A DNA stretch of 64,000 nucleotides from positions 128,001 through 192,000 of the forward strand of contig CAXXFK010000042.1 of the NCBI GenBank assembly GCA_963663965.2. The letters are read 5' to 3'. Every line of letters starts with the position of its first letter. Positions within the stretch are counted from its first letter, which is position 1. Shown here piece by piece: positions 39,054-49,182 of the stretch. This DNA comes from Sedimentisphaerales bacterium. GTDB taxonomy: Bacteria > Planctomycetota > Phycisphaerae > Sedimentisphaerales > SM23-30. Below the pieces are notes generated by a model that did no database searches, was not told where the DNA came from, and was given only the letters and a program-made list of their open reading frames with translations. The position numbers were made by a program, and so were the translations under genes.

Positions 39054-41228
39054 TTACTCACCCATAAACCGCCAGTTTATTTTACCGTAGCCATGCTGAT
39101 AATCACCCTGTAACTGACGGAGTCGACCGGCCGGCTTTCCGGTTGAATCGTGATGAACTTCCATTTCTAACAGACAGTATAATCCCTTTTCATAATCGAA
39201 GGTTTTGCCATCGTCATCATAGAGCATGGACTTCGCGTCTGCCTGTCCATAATGACGGATCTCCAGATCCACCGGCCGGGCCAATTGTGATATCCTGTTT
39301 ATCGCGGGTATCATTGGAATAATCCCCCCATCCTTCACGTAAAGTGGGATCCTGTCCAGTGGTGGCGTGACTTTAATCACTTCACCGCCGCCGGCCAGTT
39401 CGCCGGTATAAAAATCATACCATTTCCCTGGCGGCAGGATCACCTCACGGGATTTTTGCCCGACAAACACCGGCGCGACCAACAGGCAATCACCAAACAT
39501 ATACTGATCCACAACATCCTTACGTATTGCCATGGCGTAAGGATTCTTTGTGTCATCCAGTACGCCCGCTTCCATGGCCTCATTGTCGTTATAACCCTGT
39601 TCCAATACCATGGCCCGGATCGGGGGGATTCCCTCAAAATAATATCGGGAAAATGCGGAATAAAGATAGGGCAAAAGCCGGTTGCGCAGTTTAATTAAAT
39701 CCCGTACCTCGTTTTCCACCGGCGCGAATGACCAGGGTTTGGTATTGGATGACCAGCCATTCAGCTGGACCAACGGCGAAAAACAGACCGATTGCATCCG
39801 CCGCAGCCACTCTTCCGGCGAGCCGGCTGACCGGATTTCCGGCGTATACAATACCCCGGCAAATCCCGAGTTGATCAGCGCCGAAACAAAGCCGCGATGG
39901 TCGTAATGATCGGTATAGATCGCAAAGGGATAGTTCGACGCTCCGGCGTTACTGGCCCGTACCTGACAATAGGTTCGCTGGTTGCGCTGACGGAATAGCG
40001 GCATCAACATCCGCTGCATTTGTAAACCGTAGGTCTGCCGCATGACCTCTCCGCTGGTCCCAGATGGAAACACGGCGTGATCCGGCCACAGCCAGTTGTC
40101 GTAGCCATCCACTTCATCGATCTTATAACCACTCACGCCAATCGATAGGTGTTCCCGGTTATGCTGAGCGCTGAGTATCTCACAGGCCTTTGGTAAGGTA
40201 TAATCGGGCACCAATCCCAGCCATACCATGTGCGAGCCGGTATAGGGCTTGATGGTGTCATAAATCCCGGCGTCCGGTGAGACATAAGGATTCTCCCAGA
40301 GATTGATTTTGATGCCATGGCGGTTCATTGTTTCCAGAAATGTTTTCGGCTCTGGAAACAGTTCCGGATTCCATTCAAAGGTACAAGGGTAGGATTTGCT
40401 ATGCCAGCCCGGTTCCAGTCCAATCACATCCAGTGGGAAATCCCGCCGCTCGAATTCTTCCACTTCTTGAATCACATCCTGATCACTGGCATGCGTCCGC
40501 ATCCGATGCCAGAATCCCAGACCCCATTTCGGTGGCAGACACCCACCTCCGCAATACAGGTTATAGCGCCGGATGACATCCAGCATGGTTGGGCCCGCGA
40601 AGACCATCACCTCCATACCCTCAGCAACCACGCAGGCTTCTACGGCGTCAGAAGTTGGCTGAGCCTGCCAGTTCCGGTCGGTATTCCGATCCCGGATGGG
40701 AGGCAGGTTGGGGCTGTCCTGGCGATTACCCACCCCGGCATAAATCGAAATAGAATGCGGGGTGTTGAAAAATACGCCATAGCCCGCGCTGGAGATATAA
40801 AACGGTACCGGTGCGTGCAAGCGTTCCTGGCCGCTTTTATAATGATCCATCTGCAAATGATACACGCCGCCGCGCCGATTCATGCCCTGAAACTGTAAAC
40901 CCAGCCCGTAGAGTTTTTCATCCGGCCCCAGTGGCACCCGTACGCTTGAGCGTACTCCGGAGACCAGGCCGCGGATCTCTGACTGAATCAGCGGGAATGG
41001 CGTTTTGCCCATATCCGCCAGCGCCTCGATTCGAGGTGGCGCTCCCGCAAAAGATAAATAGGTCATAGCCTCTTTACGCCCAATCTGACCCGACCAGACC
41101 CCAGGCGCCTTTTCCTGCCACGATAAAACTTGCATTGAATCAAGCGTTGTTGGTACGGCACTATATAAAAAACAGGTGTTGGTTATCAGTACCAAAGTTA
41201 TTATGAATAATGATTGGATTCTAACCAT
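39054..41228 (-). CDS. Glycoside hydrolase family 31 protein
   Basis: APVPFYISSAGYGVFFN, PPKWGLG, FPLDVIGLE, GYKIDE, QYMFGDCLLVAPV and IPLYVKDG. Confidence 0.9.
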   Translation of the reverse strand: MVRIQSLFIITLVLITNTCFLYSAVPTTLDSMQVLSWQEKAPGVWSGQIGRKEAMTYLSFAGAPPRIEALADMGKTPFPLIQSEIRGLVSGVRSSVRVPLGPDEKLYGLGLQFQGMNRRGGVYHLQMDHYKSGQERLHAPVPFYISSAGYGVFFNTPHSISIYAGVGNRQDSPNLPPIRDRNTDRNWQAQPTSDAVEACVVAEGMEVMVFAGPTMLDVIRRYNLYCGGGCLPPKWGLGFWHRMRTHASDQDVIQEVEEFERRDFPLDVIGLEPGWHSKSYPCTFEWNPELFPEPKTFLETMNRHGIKINLWENPYVSPDAGIYDTIKPYTGSHMVWLGLVPDYTLPKACEILSAQHNREHLSIGVSGYKIDEVDGYDNWLWPDHAVFPSGTSGEVMRQTYGLQMQRMLMPLFRQRNQRTYCQVRASNAGASNYPFAIYTDHYDHRGFVSALINSGFAGVLYTPEIRSAGSPEEWLRRMQSVCFSPLVQLNGWSSNTKPWSFAPVENEVRDLIKLRNRLLPYLYSAFSRYYFEGIPPIRAMVLEQGYNDNEAMEAGVLDDTKNPYAMAIRKDVVDQYMFGDCLLVAPVFVGQKSREVILPPGKWYDFYTGELAGGGEVIKVTPPLDRIPLYVKDGGIIPMIPAINRISQLARPVDLEIRHYGQADAKSMLYDDDGKTFDYEKGLYCLLEMEVHHDSTGKPAGRLRQLQGDYQHGYGKINWRFMGE

Positions 41229-41539
41229 TGAAAGATCCTCACAAATTAAAATGAAAGTGACCTGGGATTTTGAAAACGTCAGAAATACATTAGGCATAAT
41301 GTTGCATAAAGCGTTTTATTTCAATTTCTTACTCATTTTTGTTACATCAGGTTTCTGGTTCCTATTTGAAATTAGATTTGATCATTTAACAAGTGAAGAG
41401 CATACGGAGTAGGTGAATTTTATTCATTTCTTGAAAAGAGCTGAAAAAAACATATGATTCAGGCATAATAAGGCAACGCCAACTTAAGAGAACTCAAAAA
41501 GAAAGAAGTGTGAGTTAATTCAAAAAAAACTTTTTTGAG

Positions 41540-42124
41540 GTGAATATTCCAATGAAATATCCGATATTATTTTGCGTGCCGGTTTTGATGGTGGCCGATT
41601 ATTTTTTGACGGTGGCCGGCGCGATCCTTCGGGAAAGAACATATTCTGAACATTTTCAATTGAAACATTATGAAATGAATCCGCTATGGCAAAATGCAAT
41701 CGCCCGGAAGAAGTGGTTTAATCCTCGTCATCTGGTTATAACCGGGGGAGTCACAGTTGTCTTTTACTACCTGTTTGAATATGCTGAGACCTCGATTCCC
41801 TTTATGGAGGGATTGCTGGCAAGTGTCTTAGTTCTTTACGCCATGATCAACGGTCGTCATCTATCCAATATTCTGATATTTCGATACTTAAACAATCATC
41901 CTGATCAGATCACCGGCCATATTCAAATGGAGCATAGGTTTGTCCTTTTCATGTCCACTGCCCAGTATGTAACCGTCTTAATTCCCATCGCCATGCTGGC
42001 CTGGTTGCTGCCATCTCCCCAGACGATAGGGGGGCTGGCCGGAATTTTGCTTTCCTTTGTCATCCATATACGGTGGGGCATGAAGTACAAGAAGAAAATG
42101 AAACAGGAAATGGAAAAGGAATGA
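41540..42124 (+). CDS. Hypothetical polytopic membrane protein
   Basis: 194 aa with about five hydrophobic segments; D..LT...E.NP motif near the N-terminus. Confidence 0.6.
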   Translation: MNIPMKYPILFCVPVLMVADYFLTVAGAILRERTYSEHFQLKHYEMNPLWQNAIARKKWFNPRHLVITGGVTVVFYYLFEYAETSIPFMEGLLASVLVLYAMINGRHLSNILIFRYLNNHPDQITGHIQMEHRFVLFMSTAQYVTVLIPIAMLAWLLPSPQTIGGLAGILLSFVIHIRWGMKYKKKMKQEMEKE

Positions 42125-42397
42125 ACAGGTTGTCTGGTATATTATCGCCCTGATCAAATTGGAGTTTGTCCGGATGCCTGTAATCATTGAACTCATTGGA
42201 TTGTGGGTTATAATTTTTTCAGCCGGCTGGCCGTGATTATGTCTAAGTAGTTTTGAAACCGTTGGTTGCGGTTGATGTCTTCGAGAAGGCCGATTGATAT
42301 TTTTTGTTTCTAAATTGAGACGGGTTCTGGTAAAATAACATTGATATTTTATCAATTGGTTAAAAGTGATCTGTTTGAACCGGACGAGACTGTTAAG

Positions 42398-43228
42398 ATG
42401 GGCGATATTGTTAAGAAATCTGCCTCAGAGTTGCTAACCGAACAGCAACGGTGTCCTTATTGCGGGGCGGTCTTGAATCATGCTTTTTATTTTTGCCTGT
42501 CCTGCGCGACGCCTTATAAGTCGGTTTCCAATGTAATTACTGCTTACATTCCTCCTCCGCTGACCGAGGGAGAATTGATTGAGCAAAAAGTACCCCAGGT
42601 CTGGACGGTATTCTGGACTTACGCGATAGTGGTCTTTATCTGCTTTCTCATGAGTGTGATCGTGGATGAAGATGCGGAAAGCTGGTATTCCGTCCATCTG
42701 GTTCTGAGCGGCATCCTGTTTACTGCGGTGACTCTGTTTTTTGCGTTTTGGCATAAAACCGCTTTACAGGTTCAATTGAAACGGTTTGGTTTTAATCATC
42801 GATATGCCTGGGTTGGTTTGATCCTTCTGATCCCGGCTCTGCTGTTAAATTACGGTTTCCATTCGCTGGTGCGGTATCTCTTGGAAATGGAAGATTGTTA
42901 CCGCTCGCAAGCCATCAGCGAGTTGTTGAATCCAACCGGCCTGATCTTGATCATGTGTGTCTTACCGGCAATTACAGAAGAAATTGCCTTTCGGGGTTTG
43001 ATTCAGCATTGGCTGTCAACCGCTCTGGCGCCCTGGCGCGCCATTTTGTTGAGTGCCGCTTTATTTGCGGCATTGCATTTGAATTTGATCAGCTTTTTCT
43101 ATCTGTTTGGTTTGGGGGTTCTGCTGGGGTGGGTGCGATACAAAACCTGGAGTTTATATCCATCCATGATCATCCATTTTCTGCATAATTTAATTGTGGT
43201 ATTATATTTCTGGCCGCACCAAAGTTAA
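42398..43228 (+). CDS. CPBP-family intramembrane protease with N-terminal zinc ribbon
   Basis: CPYC...CLSC; EEIAFRG, FAALH and HFLHN. Confidence 0.85.
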   Translation: MGDIVKKSASELLTEQQRCPYCGAVLNHAFYFCLSCATPYKSVSNVITAYIPPPLTEGELIEQKVPQVWTVFWTYAIVVFICFLMSVIVDEDAESWYSVHLVLSGILFTAVTLFFAFWHKTALQVQLKRFGFNHRYAWVGLILLIPALLLNYGFHSLVRYLLEMEDCYRSQAISELLNPTGLILIMCVLPAITEEIAFRGLIQHWLSTALAPWRAILLSAALFAALHLNLISFFYLFGLGVLLGWVRYKTWSLYPSMIIHFLHNLIVVLYFWPHQS

Positions 43229-43249
43229 TTGATCATCGATGAAAGGAGT

Positions 43250-43831
43250 GTGACCTTGACCATCTTAATCCTATGCATTCCCGGTTTATTGTGTGCGTTA
43301 CTGGCCTATCAAAAAGGAAGAAATCCGATTGGCTGGTTCTTTATTGGATTTTTTACGCACATTATTGGTTTGATTATCATCCTGGTTGTTTCCAATAAAC
43401 GGGAAGAAGCCGAAAAATTCAAGCAGCTGGAAAATGAAAACCGGCGTCTGCATGAACAACTGCGGCAGGAACGGTTGAAAAACGAACAATTTCGCAAACA
43501 CACGCAAGCCCGTCTTGATTACCATGATGAAACATTAGGGATTGATACCCGGTCGGTTAATACGGCCATGCTCAACGCGGGCGAACTCGAGCAACTGGAT
43601 GATATCGGAGACAGTGCCCACCCAGTCTACCAAATGGTATACGATTCGGAGTCGCAATCGCCATCGGTGACCATGATCGATACTGATGGTAAAGTCATAT
43701 CCGAACAACTGCCGGCTAACGATGATTATTCCCACACTAATGATCATTTGACGCCACCCAAAGCATTTGCCGACAGTGGAGAATTCAAATCGTCTGATTT
43801 CACCCAGGGCAACGTCCCGGAAATCCAGTAG
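43250..43831 (+). CDS. Hypothetical membrane protein with coiled coil and acidic tail
   Basis: A..KGR....WF..GF...IGLII TM hairpin followed by a coiled coil (EKFKQLENENRRLHEQL); AAGGAG RBS. Start approximate. Confidence 0.65.
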   Translation: MTLTILILCIPGLLCALLAYQKGRNPIGWFFIGFFTHIIGLIIILVVSNKREEAEKFKQLENENRRLHEQLRQERLKNEQFRKHTQARLDYHDETLGIDTRSVNTAMLNAGELEQLDDIGDSAHPVYQMVYDSESQSPSVTMIDTDGKVISEQLPANDDYSHTNDHLTPPKAFADSGEFKSSDFTQGNVPEIQ

Positions 43832-43853
43832 ACAGACAAAAGAAGGAAATGCC

Positions 43854-44744
43854 TTGGCAAAAATAAAACAAGAAGGAACGTTTTTGTTGGATGGTTTGAT
43901 TGAAGGGCCGATATTCGCCCCGGAAGATCATAAGAATCTGGAACTAATGCTGTCACGCGCGAGAACGCACGGAATTGTCATGCATCTTTCGGCCGATGGC
44001 GGCCGGTTCAGCCTGTTACCGGATCGCGATCCCATCCAGCTGGGCCATGATCTCACTGCGAAATCGATTGTGGTTAATCTGCTGGAGAATTGGTTGAGTG
44101 GTTACGACCCCCGGGAGTCCGGCCAGATTATGTCAACGCTGCGCAGCGTTGAGTATGTTCCTGGTGAAGAATTGCAGGTTTTGTATGGCATTGCACCCAA
44201 CGGCAAAATCCATACCGAGCAGCGTTCTGTCCAATGTCAGACAGTGCCTCCGCCTAAACCGCTCGATCCCCGTGTTGTCAAAAAGATGGTGATTTATGGT
44301 GTCGTCTCGGCTCTGGTTTGCATTCTTATTTCAACTCTCTTTGTGCCATACCGGGAACTGGGACGACGGTTCTGGAATAATATCAAGCCCTATGATACCA
44401 GTCAGTTGCGGGTGGATTGTGGGTATCAGGAAATTTTACAGGTTCAATCAGTGGAATATGACAAAAAGGATGCCGCCCTGGCCATTGAGTTTCAGGTACC
44501 GGCGGATCTATTGCTTTCTGCTGATTTACTGGCGGATCGCTGGCAAAAAGATGAATGCGGCCTGAAAGAAAAACTCGCGTTGGAAGCAATCTATAAAAAA
44601 CAGGTTATCTGCGATTCATATAACCATGAAGGGCAGTTTATTTCGAGGCTCTATTGCCGGCTCGTGGTCGATAATAGCGCCACAGGTCAGTGCCATATTC
44701 GAATCCCATTTAACCGGGCCATTGCAAAAATTGAATTGTATTAA
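43854..44744 (+). CDS. Hypothetical single-pass membrane protein
   Basis: Long ORF with a central TM segment (MVIYGVVSALVCILISTLFV). Start approximate. Confidence 0.6.
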   Translation: MAKIKQEGTFLLDGLIEGPIFAPEDHKNLELMLSRARTHGIVMHLSADGGRFSLLPDRDPIQLGHDLTAKSIVVNLLENWLSGYDPRESGQIMSTLRSVEYVPGEELQVLYGIAPNGKIHTEQRSVQCQTVPPPKPLDPRVVKKMVIYGVVSALVCILISTLFVPYRELGRRFWNNIKPYDTSQLRVDCGYQEILQVQSVEYDKKDAALAIEFQVPADLLLSADLLADRWQKDECGLKEKLALEAIYKKQVICDSYNHEGQFISRLYCRLVVDNSATGQCHIRIPFNRAIAKIELY

Positions 44745-44847
44745 TAAAAACGGTAGCGTGTTACATTTAGCCGTTAAATTCGATAAATTGGGTTAGTTTC
44801 GTTTGATGTGATAGAAACAGGTTATAAGAAATCCTGAAGTTTCGGAT

Positions 44848-44997
44848 TATCTTATCGGAAATCTGTTGTGGTTTCGTGGAAAACGCCATCGAAGCCGGGC
44901 ATGGGGGGCGGATCGTGTTGAGCTTATTTCATCCATGTTTCTGGGCGGTTTAACTCCGTCGATGGTTTCAGTAATCGAAGCAAAAAACCAGCTTGCT
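44848..44997 (+). pseudogene. Degenerate copy of the 5' ~150 bp of cutC
   Basis: ggaaatctgttgtggtttcgtgg...cgccatcgaagccgggc...ccatgtttctgggcgg.ttaactccgtcgatgg...atcgaagc aligns with 46360-46511, with substitutions, an indel and no start codon. Confidence 0.85.
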
Positions 44998-45267
44998 CTG
45001 AAGTATTGAGTCAACGGGATTATTTTTAGAATCGGGTATTCCGTTGGAAGTTACGCATATTATAAGACTTTAAGAAGTTTTACGGTAATAGGGGGGCAAG
45101 CAAGCCAATAGTGTTACTGACAGCGTTTAAGGCCGCAGGTCATTCTTCTGGCTTGATTTGACTATTGGTATATCCTTGTCATATCATTTATTTGGATAAG
45201 TAGTGTTTACGTTTAAAGTTTCCTCTCCAATTAAAGATATTCCAGATAATCCATTAAGGAGTGTATC

Positions 45268-46041
45268 ATGTTTCACAGGCGTTTTCTGGTTCTTGCGTCA
45301 GGGATTTTCTTTTCGGTTTATGCTATTCTGAACGCCGAAACAGTCACCCTTTTCAATGATTCCCAGTTGGCTACCTTAGTTTCTGTGGACGTTAACTCGG
45401 ATACCATTAGCAGTTACGGTTATCTTTTTACCTACTCGCGCGACAAGCTCTTTACCGGCGGAGTGGGTATGACCGAACCGATCGGCCGCTATGTCCGCAT
45501 TCCATGGCCCCAGGGAATTGAGGCCCAGGGTATTACTACCGGCCCGGCCGTTGGAACCGGCGCGCGTATCACCATCCGGCGGATCGACGGCGCGGTTTTC
45601 GATCTCACGGCCTTTACTGCCCGCTTGCTGGCTAATACCGTTGGTACTGGCGGTGCTATTGAAATTATGCCCATTATGGATGGCGAAGACGGCCTGAACG
45701 ATCCACTCGCCTTTGATGCCTCCGGCTCAGCCGGTATGGAGTTTTCCTACGACACCTCCCCCAACCATCTAGGCAGTACCGCGCTCCTCAAAGGATACGA
45801 AGAATATAAGCTCAAGCTGTTTGTCGATTTCGCGCTCACTGCCCTCACTCTGGATGGCCCCACCCAGGCTGACATTAACCGTGATGGAGTAGTCAACCTG
45901 CCCGATTTGGCGATTCTATCGGAACAATGGCTATCCATTCCCATGATCCCGTCAGCCGATATCGACTCAAACGGCGGCAATCATTTCATCGATCTGTCCG
46001 ACTTTACCCAGGTGACTTCCAGATGGCTGATGGGTCAGTAA
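45268..46041 (+). CDS. Secreted hypothetical protein with C-terminal dockerin-like domain
   Basis: Signal peptide; AAGGAG RBS; ADINRDGVVNLPDLAILSEQWL...ADID...IDLSDF....SRWL. Confidence 0.75.
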   Translation: MFHRRFLVLASGIFFSVYAILNAETVTLFNDSQLATLVSVDVNSDTISSYGYLFTYSRDKLFTGGVGMTEPIGRYVRIPWPQGIEAQGITTGPAVGTGARITIRRIDGAVFDLTAFTARLLANTVGTGGAIEIMPIMDGEDGLNDPLAFDASGSAGMEFSYDTSPNHLGSTALLKGYEEYKLKLFVDFALTALTLDGPTQADINRDGVVNLPDLAILSEQWLSIPMIPSADIDSNGGNHFIDLSDFTQVTSRWLMGQ

Positions 46042-46349
46042 TCGCTATTTGAATCTTAGCTCTTCTGGGAAATGCCAGCTCATTTTATCCCATCAGATAT
46101 CCCAAATACTTTTCGTTTTCCAATTTGGGTTAAAATATAAACGACATGTCTTTCTATCTGTCAATAATTGAGTTGAACTTGACTCAGTTATGTCATACAT
46201 TAAATCGTTGCATGATAACTTAAGAAGCACAACCATGATTTGTGTTAAACGTGACAATTGGATTAATATATCCTGTCAGATAGGATGTTAATATTAGTAC
46301 ATGTTAAGATAATGTATTATTCAGGTTTTATAGAAGTGAGGAAAACACT

Positions 46350-47105
46350 ATGTCCAGGGATATCTTGCTGGAAATCTGTTGTGGTTCCGTGGATGACGCC
46401 ATCGAAGCCGGGCAGGGCGGGGCGGATCGTGTCGAACTTAATTCTTCCATGTTTCTGGGCGGATTAACTCCGTCGATGGGATCCGTGATCGAAGCCAAAA
46501 AGCAGATTGCTATTCCCGTTATGGTTATGATCCGACCCCGCAGCGGCGGTTTTTGTTATACCGATGCGGAATATCAGGTCATGCTGCACGATACCCGGCT
46601 TGCTTTGGAATCTGGGGCCGATGGAATTGTATTCGGCATCCTTTGTGCCGATGGGATTGTCGATATCGACCGTTGCCGATCGGTGGTTGATCTGGTGAAA
46701 GCCTCTGGCAAAGAGGTGGTTTTTCATCGCGCCTTCGATGTCTTACCCGATCCGTTTGAAGCCATGGAACAATTGGTCGAACTGGGCATCGACCGGATCC
46801 TTACCAGCGGCCAGGAACGTTCCGTGCCTGAAGGGATACCGCTACTGAAAAAGCTGATCGAAACCGCCGCCGACCGTATCCAGATTCTGCCCGGCGGCGG
46901 CATTAAACCCCATAACGCTGCCTGGATCATCGAACAGACCGGCGCGACGATGGTACACATGGCCGCCTTCAAATCCATGAGCGATTCATCCTGCCGGCAT
47001 CATCCCAGTATCACCTTTGGCGGATGCCTTTACCCGCCGGAAAACCGCTACGATTTGATCGATCAAGATGCAGTAAGAAAAATGAGAAATGAGTGTAATC
47101 GATAA
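46350..47105 (+). CDS. cutC: Copper homeostasis protein CutC
   Basis: LEICC, GADRVEL, GGLTPS, MIRPRSGGF, FHRAFD and RILTSG. Confidence 0.95.
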   Translation: MSRDILLEICCGSVDDAIEAGQGGADRVELNSSMFLGGLTPSMGSVIEAKKQIAIPVMVMIRPRSGGFCYTDAEYQVMLHDTRLALESGADGIVFGILCADGIVDIDRCRSVVDLVKASGKEVVFHRAFDVLPDPFEAMEQLVELGIDRILTSGQERSVPEGIPLLKKLIETAADRIQILPGGGIKPHNAAWIIEQTGATMVHMAAFKSMSDSSCRHHPSITFGGCLYPPENRYDLIDQDAVRKMRNECNR

Positions 47106-47107
47106 TC

Positions 47108-47785
47108 CTAATCCAGCCGATAATCGATGGGTTTTCGGCCGGCCTGTCGCCGGAGTTCGTTATGCATCTCGAACATCTGTTTTTTGATCAGGCGGGTATA
47201 TTCTTCTCGTGTCATGGATTTGGCCTGTTCGGGTTTGATCGGTTTGCCATACATCACACGGATCTGGCCGGCGCCCGGCAGCTTTTGATGGCGGGACCAT
47301 GCTTCAAACGATCCTTCAATGGCAACCGGAATGGTCGTTGCGTTTGCCCGGCGGGCGATCAGGTAAAAGCCACCCTTAAAATCCTTGATCGTTCCATCGT
47401 CACTTCGTGTTCCTTCCGGAAACATAACCGTCGCCCGACCCAGCTTTAACCGGTTCACAATCAGGCGTAATCCTGTCATATCCGTTTCATCCCGGTTGAT
47501 TGGGAATGCGTTCAAGTTGTTAAGCAATCGTCCAAATATCCCGCGGAACAAAGTTTCCCGCGCCATATAATCCAGATCCCGTTTGATTCCTATACCACAG
47601 ATTACCGGATCCATAAAGCTTTGATGGTTTGATACTAATAAGACCGGTCCTTCCATTGGAACCCGTTCTCGCTTGTAGATGCGTATATTATAAATAAAGG
47701 TAAACGCCAGATAGAGCAGGTTTTTGAATATCCAGTATACCCATAGATTGGTCGCCTGGGGAGATTGAGTCTTAACCTGGGTCAT
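47108..47785 (-). CDS. plsC: 1-acyl-sn-glycerol-3-phosphate acyltransferase
   Basis: NHQSFMD and FPEGTRS. Confidence 0.92.
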   Translation of the reverse strand: MTQVKTQSPQATNLWVYWIFKNLLYLAFTFIYNIRIYKRERVPMEGPVLLVSNHQSFMDPVICGIGIKRDLDYMARETLFRGIFGRLLNNLNAFPINRDETDMTGLRLIVNRLKLGRATVMFPEGTRSDDGTIKDFKGGFYLIARRANATTIPVAIEGSFEAWSRHQKLPGAGQIRVMYGKPIKPEQAKSMTREEYTRLIKKQMFEMHNELRRQAGRKPIDYRLD

Positions 47786-48447
47786 TAATTACCCTCCTTG
47801 ATAATTTGGGCCAGTGTATCCACCACCTGCTCAATCGACATCTCAGTCGTATCGATATGTCGGGCGTCTTCTGCCAGTTTCAAGGGACCTACCGATCGGT
47901 TTTGATCTCGCTGGTCCCGTTCAATCTGATCGTTAAGAATTTTCTTAAATCCAGCCGGCCCGTCAGGGCTGCCCATTTGCTCCCAGCGCCGTCTCGCCCG
48001 GCACTCGGCTGAGGCATCCAGAAAAAATTTAAAGGGCGCTTCCGGAAAGACCACTGTACCCTGGTCTCGACCTTCCGTGACTAAAGAGCCGGCTTCCCTG
48101 CCAATAACCTGTTGTTGCCTGACCAGGGTTGATCTTACGGAAGGAACCGATGCAATTTTATGGGCGGCTCCTGTAACTTCCGGGGTGCGAATTTCGCGGG
48201 TGATCTCCAGGCCATCCAGATAAACACGCTGGATTCCCTGGTCATTAACAAAAGTGACCCGGCACTGTTCAGCCAGTTCGGTCAGCGCTTCAGGGTTATC
48301 TAAATTAACAGATCGCTGCAATGCCGCCCATGTGACCGCACGGTACATGGCTCCGGTATCCAGATAGGCCATATTCAATTGCTCAGCCAATAATCTGGCT
48401 ACGGTGCTTTTGCCAGATCCGGCCGGACCATCTATAGTGATGATCAT
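47785..48447 (-). CDS. cmk: Cytidylate kinase
   Basis: IITIDGPAGSGKST, LDTGAMYR and EGRDQGTVVFP; AGGAG RBS before ATG 48447. Confidence 0.96.
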   Translation of the reverse strand: MIITIDGPAGSGKSTVARLLAEQLNMAYLDTGAMYRAVTWAALQRSVNLDNPEALTELAEQCRVTFVNDQGIQRVYLDGLEITREIRTPEVTGAAHKIASVPSVRSTLVRQQQVIGREAGSLVTEGRDQGTVVFPEAPFKFFLDASAECRARRRWEQMGSPDGPAGFKKILNDQIERDQRDQNRSVGPLKLAEDARHIDTTEMSIEQVVDTLAQIIKEGN

Positions 48448-48644
48448 AATGATACTCCTGAGATTATGAAGTAAGGAATCGGTCTGTTTGGCTGCTGCCG
48501 GTATGGCTTGATTCCTTATCATCGGGCAATTCTTGATCGTAATCATAGTAGCAATCAACAGGGGGTTGTCAACCTTCTGCATACCTCATTTTGTCGTTAC
48601 AGGGCTGTCCAGCCGAAATTATATTTTCACGTTATGAATTTTAC

Positions 48645-48673
48645 TTGACCCGGATTAATCAATCAGGTAAATT
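48645..48673 (+). promoter_or_regulatory. Sigma70-like promoter about 500 bp upstream of rny
   Basis: TTGACC, 17-nt spacer, TAAATT. Confidence 0.45.
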
Positions 48674-49182
48674 AAAATAGATTTAGTGTTTAAACTAAAT
48701 CCTTATTAAAGTACGATTACTATATAAGAGTGAATTGAAATTTTGTTTCTTAAACCACCCTGCGAGTAGCCGGACAGGCTTTTGCGGGAATTTTTATATT
48801 GAGCAGGGGAACCTGCTTCTGAAAAGCTGGATATAGCGATATCTCCTGAAATTATTTTGATTTCAGGATTAAATCAAGACTCGCAATCAGGATAATAATT
48901 CACATTCAGGCATAACATGCATAATGATAATTACAGTTATATCAATGGCTTATGTAAATCGACCCATCGGAAGATGTCTGTCGTTTTACAGACCGATTGG
49001 GTATGCGGGGTTCTGTTTTGATTCGATAACCCCCTGACTGACATCATCTTATTCATGTACATTATCTTCTGAGCAGTCTTATCCTGTCTGGCTCCTATCA
49101 GCGGCGGTTCCTGAACAATCCCTGAAAATTCTTTCCGGTTCCTTGGGTGCAATCAATTATTTTTCAACCACAGGAGTTTGTT

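Noticed and set aside
45050..45080. Second dif-like site (GTTACGCATAT...)
   Set aside because: Only one arm resembles a XerC site; there is no matching XerD arm at 6-8 bp spacing.
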